Shown: positions 15,996 to 23,680 of the stretch, in pieces | Position numbering within the stretch: position 1 is the stretch's first letter | Layout of the letters: every line of letters starts with the position of its first letter | Assembly (NCBI GenBank): GCA_043799575.1 | Contig: JAZDNQ010000026.1 | Span: 1 to 47,083 of the forward strand | Length of the DNA stretch: 47,083 nt | Direction of reading: 5' to 3' | Source of the DNA: Patescibacteria group bacterium | GTDB taxonomy: Bacteria > Patescibacteriota > Gracilibacteria > JAHISY01 | Notes under the pieces: model-generated | What the model saw: only the letters and a program-made list of their open reading frames with translations | Told to the model about the DNA's origin: nothing | Database searches by the model: none | Position numbers and translations under genes: made by a program

Positions 15996-16034
15996 CGCAA
16001 GTTCTGCCCCGCGAAGCGGGCAGGTTTTGCGTGG
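15993..16034. repeat. 42-nt near-perfect hairpin overlapping the tRNA-Arg CCA end
   Basis: CCACGCAA-GTT-CTGCCCCGC-GAA-GCGGGCAG-GTT-TTGCGTGG has an 8-bp outer stem plus an 8-9-bp inner stem with one bulge. No T-run follows. Confidence 0.7.
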
Positions 16035-16170
16035 TTGTCGGGCGTGGTGAAAATTTGCCGCGCTGCGAAGCAAGCGAGGTTCGTTCTGCGAGGATAGCGA
16101 GTCGCGACAACAGCGTAGCTGTTTGTCGTGCGCGAGCGACGCAGCAGCCCAATTCGCCTATGGCGAATTT

Positions 16171-16188
16171 ATCCTGCCGGGCGCACCA
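16171..16188 (+). repeat. 18-nt direct repeat of the tRNA-Arg 3' end (att-like scar)
   Basis: ATCCTGCCGGGCGCACCA is identical to 15978-15995. It is preceded by a perfect 8-bp hairpin, AATTCGCC-TAT-GGCGAATT (16151-16169). Confidence 0.8.
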
Positions 16189-16225
16189 GCCTTTGCCCTT
16201 CTGGCTTCGGCTGGCTCCGCCAACA

Positions 16226-17638
16226 TTACTCAATAAAATGCGTCCCGAGACTTTTTGCCCTCTTTTTCGCTGACTCCGCGACCAATTTTCCGACAAGTGT
16301 CGCATTCCGCGCGACCAGACTTTTCGGGTGCAATTTCCCGAGCTCGGCGACTGCCGTCGAGAGGCCTTTTTTTGTGCGCACGATTCCGACCTTCTCCCAC
16401 AAAATTTGTCGCACTTTGCGTCGTACTTCCCGATCTTCCGACTCATTAAAAATGAATTTCGGCGGAACAAGTTTCTTCTCCGTGGCTCGCGAAAGTTTCG
16501 CCGTTTCACCCAAAAATTTTCCGAAAACGAGTGCTTCCGCGAGCGAATTCGATGCTAGCCGATTCGCGCCGTGCAGTCCGGTGCGCGCGACTTCGCCGAC
16601 CGCGAGCAAATTCGGCACAGATGTTTCTCCGCGCAAATTCACCTCGACACCGCCGCACGAGTAGTGCGCGACCGGGAAAATTGGAATCAAATCTTTCGAC
16701 AAATCGAAGCCAGCCTTTTTCACCTCACCCCAAATTAACGGGAAACGATTTGCCAAAAATTTAGCGTCGGCGCGAGTGAAGTCGAGAAAAACAGGACCAT
16801 TTTTCAATTCCGCAAAAATCGCGCGGGCGACGACATCACGCGGCGCGAGCTCCGCGGCCGGATGATAACTCGGCAAAAATCTTTCGCCGCGGGAGTTTCG
16901 CAACACCGCGCCTTCGCCGCGGAGACTTTCCGAAAGCAAAGTTAGTCGAGTTTGCTTCCCGACCAAGGCGGTTGGGTGAAATTGAATAAATTCCAAATCT
17001 TTTAATTTTGCGCCGGCGCGTGCGGCTGCCGCGATCCCGTCGCCGACAGAAACTTCCGGATTTGTCGACTTCGCGAAAAGCTGCCCGAAACCACCCGTTG
17101 CGAGAATTACTTTGCTTGCAAAAGCAGACTCGACTTTTCCGTTTCGCCGTATCCACGCACCGCGGCAAATTCCTTTTTCCAAGATCAAATCTAGTAAAGC
17201 CGTTTTTTCCAAAACACGAATTCGGCGATTCGCGCGAACTTTTTTCGCGAGCGCTTTCTCGATCGTTTCGCCAGTCGAATCGTTCGTGTTCCATACGCGC
17301 GAGTGAGAGTGCGCCGCTTCGCGTGTCGGCTCTTTCGCGAACTTCACGCCAATTTCTGACTCAAGCCAATCGACCAATTTCGGCGCATTTTCGACCAAAA
17401 AACGCGTCGCTTTTCGGTCATTGACTTGGCAGCCGGCGACGAGAGTGTCAGCGAAATGCTCTTCGAACGAATCCCATTTGAAATTGCGCACGGCGGCGAC
17501 TCCGGCTTGCGCGAAGCGCGACGACGACTCGAGCAAATTTTTTTTCGTTGCGATCAGCACATTGCCTTTTTTCGCCAAAAATAAAGCCGAAGTGAGTCCG
17601 GCGATTCCTGAACCGACGACGAGGAAATCAGTTTTCAT
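16226..17638 (-). CDS. nadB: L-aspartate oxidase
   Basis: FAD motif DFLVVGSGIAGLTSAL and HYSCGGVEVN...GLHGANRLASNSLAEALVFG are present. It overlaps nadC by ATGA. Confidence 0.88.
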   Translation of the reverse strand: MKTDFLVVGSGIAGLTSALFLAKKGNVLIATKKNLLESSSRFAQAGVAAVRNFKWDSFEEHFADTLVAGCQVNDRKATRFLVENAPKLVDWLESEIGVKFAKEPTREAAHSHSRVWNTNDSTGETIEKALAKKVRANRRIRVLEKTALLDLILEKGICRGAWIRRNGKVESAFASKVILATGGFGQLFAKSTNPEVSVGDGIAAAARAGAKLKDLEFIQFHPTALVGKQTRLTLLSESLRGEGAVLRNSRGERFLPSYHPAAELAPRDVVARAIFAELKNGPVFLDFTRADAKFLANRFPLIWGEVKKAGFDLSKDLIPIFPVAHYSCGGVEVNLRGETSVPNLLAVGEVARTGLHGANRLASNSLAEALVFGKFLGETAKLSRATEKKLVPPKFIFNESEDREVRRKVRQILWEKVGIVRTKKGLSTAVAELGKLHPKSLVARNATLVGKLVAESAKKRAKSLGTHFIE

Positions 17639-18501
17639 TTTGTCAAAATTTTTAAACTAAAATCGACAACCGCGACGGAGTTCGTCAATTTGCCGAGCGA
17701 GACAAAATCTGCCCCAGCGCGCAAAAATTTCCCGGCGGATTTTTCATCAACCCCGCCACTTGCCTCCAAAACTATCTTCGGATTTATTTTGCGAATCGCA
17801 ACCGCCGTTTTTCGAAACCGTGCAACCGAAAAATTGTCGAGCATCAAAATTAAATTTTTTGTTTTCGCAAAATGTTCCGCAATCGCGAGCGCGAGCCGTG
17901 GCGAATCCGCTTCGACTTCAAAAACGTTTTTCGTCGAAATACTCCGCCAAAAATCCGGCTCGACCGCGCGATGATTTTCTTTGACCAAAATTTGATCGGC
18001 TAGATTCAGTCGGTGCGGTAGCCCGCCGCCGATCACGACCGCCCGCGAGTCGATCAGCCCGAACGGAGTTTTGCGCGTCGCCGCGAATTTTCCGCGACCG
18101 ATTTTCCGCGCGAGTTTTTCCGCCGCGGTCGCGACTCCCGACATTCTGCCGAGCAGATTCAAACCGACTCGTTCCGCCGCAAGAATTTTTTGCGCTGGGC
18201 CAGCGATTTCCAAAACCAAATCGCCTTTTTTAATTTTCGTTCCATCTTTTTTAGCGCGCAGAACTCGGATTCCGTTTTTCTCCCAAAAGAACTTCAACTC
18301 GGCGACGCCCGCCAAAACTCCGCTCGACTTCGCGACGATGCGCGCGCGAACTTTTTGCTGCGGCCGAGACAATAATTTTGTCGTCAGGTCGCCTTTCCCC
18401 AAATCGCCTTTCAATAAAAAATCCAGTAATTTTGTGACAAAATCGCGATATTCGCGATCACGCAAATTTAATTTCGCGACTTGTTTTTCAAATAATTTCA
18501 T
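17635..18501 (-). CDS. nadC: Nicotinate-nucleotide pyrophosphorylase (quinolinate phosphoribosyltransferase)
   Basis: GDLTT, ATRKTPFGLIDSRAVVIGGG.PHR and KENH motifs are present. Start is set at ATG 18501 (MKLFEKQV), because the 22-codon upstream extension in the track would overlap elp3. Confidence 0.88.
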   Translation of the reverse strand: MKLFEKQVAKLNLRDREYRDFVTKLLDFLLKGDLGKGDLTTKLLSRPQQKVRARIVAKSSGVLAGVAELKFFWEKNGIRVLRAKKDGTKIKKGDLVLEIAGPAQKILAAERVGLNLLGRMSGVATAAEKLARKIGRGKFAATRKTPFGLIDSRAVVIGGGLPHRLNLADQILVKENHRAVEPDFWRSISTKNVFEVEADSPRLALAIAEHFAKTKNLILMLDNFSVARFRKTAVAIRKINPKIVLEASGGVDEKSAGKFLRAGADFVSLGKLTNSVAVVDFSLKILTK

Positions 18502-18502
18502 T

Positions 18503-20041
18503 TCAAATTTTGGTTCCCCGCGTTCGTGGGGACAAGTTTTTCTCGACAAAAATTTTATCCTGATCAAGTCGGAATCCCAATTTTCGATAATATTCGCGGA
18601 CGCCGACGCCGGAAATTATTCGCAATTTCGCGAATCCATTTTCGCGCGCGATTCGTTCCGCCTCGAGAATTAATTTTTTGCCGAAACCGCGATGCTGCGA
18701 ATTGCCACTTTTCGAAAGGCCGATTTCCTCGCCAAAAGTGTGCAGCTCGCGGACAGTTGCATTCGCGTCGAGCCGGAGTCGGAGCAGCGAAATTAATTTC
18801 GCTCCGACTTCGAAACTCAAAAAAATTTCCCGCCCGTCGGAAGCCGAATATTCATGCCGAATTAAGTTGGCTTTTTTTGCGTCAAAATTATCTCCCCGAA
18901 TTTCGCGACAACGAATACAGCGACACGCAACTTTTTTTTGCTGCAAAATTTGCCGCAAATTCGTGAGTTTGCTGCCCGCCAAAATCGACTCAGCCGGAAT
19001 GTCGCGAATCACGCGAGTCAGTCGCACCCACGGTGGGACGAGCGCTTTGATCTTCACCAAAAGCCCAGTCAAAACTTCGTCCGAATAAGGCTTCCATTTT
19101 CCGGCTCGCCAAAGTTTTTCGAGCTCAGTTCCGGAGATCAAAACAGTCGGGTAAATTTTGATTTGATCTGGCCGCCACTTTTCATTCTCAAAAATTTCAC
19201 GAAACATTTTGAAATCACTTTGCGGCGTCGCGCCAGGAAGATTCGGCATCATATGAATCCCGACTTTTAGTCCGTTTTTTTTCAAAAGCGCGATCGCGCG
19301 CGCCGACTCAGCCGCGTCGTGTCCGCGCTTCGAGATTGCCAAAATTTTGTCGTCCAAATTTTGCACGCCGATCTCGACGCGGGTCGCTCCCAATTTCAAA
19401 AATCTTCGCACTTCTTCCGCGTCCAAAAAATCCGGCCGCGTTTCGAGTGTGAGTCCGACTAGTCGATGTTTCGACTTTTCGTTCGCCGTTTTCAAATTTT
19501 CCAACGAATTCGATTTCGCTTTCCGCGAATTCAGCGCGGCAAAACATCTTTTCACAAACCAAGCTTGGTAATTGCGCGGATGCGCCGAAAAAGTTCCGCC
19601 CATCACGATCAATTCGATTTTCTCAGTCGGATGACCGCAGCTTTCGAGCGCTTTCAATCGATCTTTCACCTGCCGAAACGGATCGAATTTCGCACGCACC
19701 GCGCGCATCACGGCCGGTTCGTTCGACAAATAACTTTTTGGCATGCGCGCCTCGGTCGGACAAAAAACGCATTTTCCCGGACAGCCCATCGGCTTCGTCA
19801 AAACCGCGACTGGTGCGACGCCGGACAAAGTCCGAATGCGCGCCTTTTTCAAAATTTTTTCCAAACCAGGATTTACCTTAATTTTCCGCTTTTTCAACAA
19901 ACTTAAATACACCTCGACCAATTCAGAATTTTTCGCGAGCCGACCGGAATTCCCGGCTGATCGGACTTTCAGCTCGCGCAAATCTTTTTCGGTCGCGACT
20001 TTTTTCGCAATCGCTTCTAAAATGATTTTGTCGAAATTCAT
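18503..20041 (-). CDS. elp3: Elp3-type radical-SAM/GNAT protein (tRNA U34 modification family)
   Basis: Motifs are VAVLTKPMGCPGKCVFCP (Elp3-type Fe-S motif), KIELIVMGGTF and the C-terminal GNAT HRGFGKKLILEAERIARENG. Length is 512 aa. Confidence 0.8.
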   Translation of the reverse strand: MNFDKIILEAIAKKVATEKDLRELKVRSAGNSGRLAKNSELVEVYLSLLKKRKIKVNPGLEKILKKARIRTLSGVAPVAVLTKPMGCPGKCVFCPTEARMPKSYLSNEPAVMRAVRAKFDPFRQVKDRLKALESCGHPTEKIELIVMGGTFSAHPRNYQAWFVKRCFAALNSRKAKSNSLENLKTANEKSKHRLVGLTLETRPDFLDAEEVRRFLKLGATRVEIGVQNLDDKILAISKRGHDAAESARAIALLKKNGLKVGIHMMPNLPGATPQSDFKMFREIFENEKWRPDQIKIYPTVLISGTELEKLWRAGKWKPYSDEVLTGLLVKIKALVPPWVRLTRVIRDIPAESILAGSKLTNLRQILQQKKVACRCIRCREIRGDNFDAKKANLIRHEYSASDGREIFLSFEVGAKLISLLRLRLDANATVRELHTFGEEIGLSKSGNSQHRGFGKKLILEAERIARENGFAKLRIISGVGVREYYRKLGFRLDQDKIFVEKNLSPRTRGTKI

Positions 20042-20693
20042 GCCAAATTTTTACGATTTTAACGCAAAAAGCTGGGACGCTTCGCGCCAAAACGCCTGGG
20101 GCGAATTCGAGTTTGCCAAAGACCTTTTGCGTTCTAAAAAAATTCTGGACGCGGGTTGTGGCAACGGCCGACTCAATTTTTGGCTGAAAGCAAATAAATT
20201 TAGCGGTGCGTATTTCGGTGTCGATTCTTCCAAAAAATTAATCGCGCTTGCCAAGAAAAATTTCCCGTACCAAAAATTTACGATTTGCGACTTGCGCGAG
20301 TTAACCCCCGAGATATCTCGGGGGTTAACGGGTAAATTGCCAGACGCGGTTTTTTGTATCGCAGTTCTCCACCACCTCGAGAATTCCGCTGACCAAAAAA
20401 AGGCGCTCCAAAATCTTTACGACAGCTTGCGCCCGGGTGGGAAAATTTTTCTCACGACTTGGAATTTGTGGCAGCCGCGTTTTTGGAAATATTTTTTCCG
20501 GCAAAAATTGCGCGAACTCGAAATTCCGTTCGCGGGAAAAAGTGCGCGTCGGGTGTACGCATTCACAAAATCAGAGCTCCGCGAACTTTTCGCGAGTGCC
20601 GGATTCCAAAAGATTAAAATTTTCTACGCGCGGCATTCTCAAAAATCTAACTTTCTACGCGGTCGCAACTTAATCGTTCTCGCTGAAAAATGA
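20040..20693 (+). CDS. Class I SAM-dependent methyltransferase (217 aa)
   Basis: Motif I is ILDAGCGNGRL. Start is at ATG 20040 (MPNFYDF), since the upstream part of the 316-aa track ORF is antisense to elp3. Confidence 0.75.
   Translation: MPNFYDFNAKSWDASRQNAWGEFEFAKDLLRSKKILDAGCGNGRLNFWLKANKFSGAYFGVDSSKKLIALAKKNFPYQKFTICDLRELTPEISRGLTGKLPDAVFCIAVLHHLENSADQKKALQNLYDSLRPGGKIFLTTWNLWQPRFWKYFFRQKLRELEIPFAGKSARRVYAFTKSELRELFASAGFQKIKIFYARHSQKSNFLRGRNLIVLAEK
20300..20329. repeat. Perfect 30-bp palindrome inside the methyltransferase CDS
   Basis: GTTAACCCCCGAGAT|ATCTCGGGGGTTAAC has 15+15 nt with no mismatch. It is in frame and encodes part of ELTPEISRGLTG. Confidence 0.9.
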
Positions 20694-20989
20694 ACCAAGA
20701 AAACGATCCGTCTTCGCACAAAGCTTCAGAAGAATTTGCTTCCGAAGAACCTCGAATCCTCGAAGGTGAAGTTGTTGGCAAAATCCCCGAAAAAAGGTCG
20801 CCACCAAAAAATTCCGTGCCGCCGCAGTTCAAAATTTTTGCGGCTAGTTTTGCAAAACTGAAACGCAATTGCCTGTTCGCCTCGATCGCATTTTTTGTAG
20901 CGATTTTCGCGGCGATTTATTTTGGCAATGGCTGGCTTGTGTTGCTCGCGTTTTTACTTCCGCCCTGGATCTTTTCGCTAAAAAAATAG
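20690..20989 (+). CDS. Hypothetical membrane protein (99 aa; acidic/Pro-rich N-terminus, two C-terminal TM helices)
   Basis: It overlaps the methyltransferase stop by ATGA. The hydrophobic C-terminus reads LFASIAFFVAIFAAIYFGNGWLVLLAFLLPPWIF. Confidence 0.55.
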   Translation: MNQENDPSSHKASEEFASEEPRILEGEVVGKIPEKRSPPKNSVPPQFKIFAASFAKLKRNCLFASIAFFVAIFAAIYFGNGWLVLLAFLLPPWIFSLKK

Positions 20990-21238
20990 CTATTCACGAG
21001 CGATTAGGTTGTACAGCCAAGCAAAAATTAGGCCACCAAAAAAGCCGTCTACAAAACCGCAAAGTGCACCAAAAAGTGCGCCGAGCCACGAAATTTCCAC
21101 ACCAAAATAAATAGCCTGTAGCGGTGCGTAAAACGCCATTCCCGGATAACCGGTGAGTTTGGTCAGGACGATGCAGATCGCCAAAGCGGCGCCCCACAAA
21201 ATCCCGAAAGCCAAACCGAGAGAAACTGGTTTGAGCAT
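20990..21238 (-). CDS. Hypothetical small integral membrane protein (82 aa, Gly-rich TM helices)
   Basis: It is hydrophobic throughout (GLAFGILWGAALAICIV..., WLGALFGALCGFVDGFFGGLIFAWL). Its stop abuts the stop of the convergent 99-aa gene (TAGCTA). Confidence 0.55.
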   Translation of the reverse strand: MLKPVSLGLAFGILWGAALAICIVLTKLTGYPGMAFYAPLQAIYFGVEISWLGALFGALCGFVDGFFGGLIFAWLYNLIARE

Positions 21239-21298
21239 ACGATTGGGGTTAAATTGCTAAAATTTTACCGCGCGACTGGAATTTGAGAAAATAAAAAA

Positions 21299-23680
21299 GT
21301 GCCAAAGATTTCAAAAGTTCGCAAAATTGTTTTGGCAGCCCTGCTTTTCGGGATTAGTTTTGGTGTTGCTCGCGCCGACAGTTTTCCCGACGTCCCGCGC
21401 GACCACCCGAACGCTGCCGCGATCGATTATCTTTCCAAAGAAAGTGTGATTTCGGGATATCCCGACGGCACATTTCGTCCGGAAAATTCCGTCAATCGCG
21501 CTGAGGCGCTCAAAATTCTTTTACTCGCGAGCGGTGCGGAAATTCAAAACCCGACGCAAAATGTTTTTCCCGATGTCCAGGTCGGACAGTGGTTCGCACC
21601 TTTTGTTTTTTCCGCCAAGCAAAAAGCGATCGTCGCTGGTTATCTCGACGGTTCGTTCCGTCCCGAGCAAACAGTAAATTTAGTCGAAGCCCTCAAAATT
21701 TTACTCAATACGAATTCGGTCGACCTGACTAATTATTCGACCAATCGCCAACTTTTCGCTGATTCCGAAAAAAACGCTTGGTACAATCCGTTTCTTTTTT
21801 ACGCCCAAACCTTCGAGCTGATCGACTCCGATTCGGCCAACCGCGTTCACCCGGCGCAGCCGCTCACCCGGGGTGCGCTTGCCGAAATCGTTTACCGTTT
21901 CGCGATGCGCATCGACAATGTTTGTCCGCGGTTTTTTCAAGATGCCGGGATGATCCCGGAAACTTATTTTCACGGATTGACTCTGAGTTCAGACATCCCG
22001 CGCATTTTTTACGAAAATGAAATTTTCACACTGCACGGCTTGCTCCAAAACTTAGCCAACGGGATCACGGCTATTCTCGAAAATCCGAACGACAAAACAC
22101 AAAAACAATTCGCCGAAGACCTCAACTCATCAGCCTTCGCGATTCCCGTCTCCGTTGGTGCTCCCGGCAGCTACAACTTCACTTTGATTCCCGAGCCGGA
22201 AAATTCAAACACAGGTGCGACAATTACAGTTCTTCCCCGCGAGTGTGTCCCGGCGATCACGACCAATTCGTCCGCGACTGTGCCGAGTAATATCACGACA
22301 AACTTGACCGACAACAAACCAATCGTTGCTTGGTCGGATGCAGACAACAATATTTTTCGTGTCGTAATTCGGCAGGGCGAGCAGCGCGTCGAAAAACTAG
22401 TTTCTGGCGGTGAGCATTCCCTTGCGCTCGATCCAGCAGATTTCCAAAATTTCACAGCCGGCTTGGTCACAATTCAAATTTTCGGTGCGAAATCAGCGAA
22501 CGGTTGGAGTTCCGAACCCCGCACGAATTGGACAAGCAGCGCGATCATGAACGTAAGCATCGGACAGCACAATTTTTCGCAAGTCCAAAAATCCAAAATC
22601 ACAATCAACAACTTGCCCACCTATCGAGCCGAGACGATCAATTTCACCGCGACCGCGACAGTCGACCTCGAAAGCTCGATTTACCTCATCACGCCGCGCG
22701 GCAAGGTCACAGAAAATAAAATCGCGGGTTTCGCTGACACGATTCCCGCCGGACAAGGATTCTCCGTCAATCTCGACTTACCCGAATCCGGAACGTACAT
22801 TCTCGAAATCAACGGGACAGATGGGATCGCGGTCGTGAACTACCCGCTGTATCTCCCCGGACAGTTGCCGCTACTCCCGGACTTTGCCGATCTGCGCCAG
22901 GTCGTCGATAATTCAAATCTTTCGCTGACGCGCGAGCGCGCGCTTTGGTTGAAATTGGTTAACGATTTCCGCGCGCAAAACCAATTATCCAAAGTCGAAC
23001 TCGATGACCAACTTTCCAATTTTGCTCAAAATTACGCAGTGCGGATGGCGCGTGAAAATTTCTTCGGGCACACTGATCCGCAGGGCCGCGATCCGGAGAC
23101 GCGCCGACTCGAATTCGGATTGGCTTTGCCAGTCGGTGAAAATCTCGCCCGCGATTCCGCGACTGAATATGCGCAGGCCGGACTTTTGCGTTCGGCAGCG
23201 CACCGTCAAAATATGGTCGAACCGGAATGGACGCGAGTCGGACTCGGCATCGCCCGAGATTCGTCCGGACGACTGCTTTTCGTTCAAGAATTTTCTGCTG
23301 CACCGCTCACCGCGACAAATTTGTCCGAATTCCGCACACAGCTTTTGGGTTTGATCAACGCGCGTCGCACCGAACTCGGACAGTCAAACATCGTTTTGGA
23401 TGGCCAACTCAGCTCGGCTGTTCAAAGCTGGAGCGAAAAAATGGTCGCCGAAAACTTCACTGATTTCAAAAGCCCAGACGGCAGTTCTCTCGAAAACTTA
23501 GTTCGCGCGGCTGGACACAATGGTGCCTTCTCGAGCTTCATCGCTTCCGCGGCGCGACTGGCGCAAGTTGCGGAGAGCTTGAGTGCGGAAGTTTTGGCGG
23601 ACAACACGAAAACGCGCGTTGCGATTGGTTTGGCGCAAAATTCGACTGGTCGACTGATCGCGACGCTAATTTTTCGCTAA
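21299..23680 (+). CDS. Secreted SLH-domain protein with C-terminal CAP/SCP (YkwD-like) domains
   Basis: It uses a GTG start and has the signal peptide MPKISKVRKIVLAALLFGISFGVARA. SLH-type repeats are FPDVPRDHPNAAAIDYL..GYPDGTFRPENSVNRAEALKILL and FPDVQVGQWFAPFV...GYLDGSFRPEQTVNLVEALKILL. The CAP-like part is NYAVRMARENFFGHTDPQG...GENLA, followed by a second degenerate copy. Confidence 0.8.
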   Translation: MPKISKVRKIVLAALLFGISFGVARADSFPDVPRDHPNAAAIDYLSKESVISGYPDGTFRPENSVNRAEALKILLLASGAEIQNPTQNVFPDVQVGQWFAPFVFSAKQKAIVAGYLDGSFRPEQTVNLVEALKILLNTNSVDLTNYSTNRQLFADSEKNAWYNPFLFYAQTFELIDSDSANRVHPAQPLTRGALAEIVYRFAMRIDNVCPRFFQDAGMIPETYFHGLTLSSDIPRIFYENEIFTLHGLLQNLANGITAILENPNDKTQKQFAEDLNSSAFAIPVSVGAPGSYNFTLIPEPENSNTGATITVLPRECVPAITTNSSATVPSNITTNLTDNKPIVAWSDADNNIFRVVIRQGEQRVEKLVSGGEHSLALDPADFQNFTAGLVTIQIFGAKSANGWSSEPRTNWTSSAIMNVSIGQHNFSQVQKSKITINNLPTYRAETINFTATATVDLESSIYLITPRGKVTENKIAGFADTIPAGQGFSVNLDLPESGTYILEINGTDGIAVVNYPLYLPGQLPLLPDFADLRQVVDNSNLSLTRERALWLKLVNDFRAQNQLSKVELDDQLSNFAQNYAVRMARENFFGHTDPQGRDPETRRLEFGLALPVGENLARDSATEYAQAGLLRSAAHRQNMVEPEWTRVGLGIARDSSGRLLFVQEFSAAPLTATNLSEFRTQLLGLINARRTELGQSNIVLDGQLSSAVQSWSEKMVAENFTDFKSPDGSSLENLVRAAGHNGAFSSFIASAARLAQVAESLSAEVLADNTKTRVAIGLAQNSTGRLIATLIFR

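Noticed and set aside
15904-16664. ORFs of 201 aa (minus) and 178 aa (plus) covering tRNA-Arg, the hairpin-rich segment and the nadB 3' end.
   Set aside because: They run through a tRNA gene and a palindromic non-coding stretch, or lie antisense to nadB. They are Arg/Ser/Cys-rich artefacts of GC-rich DNA.
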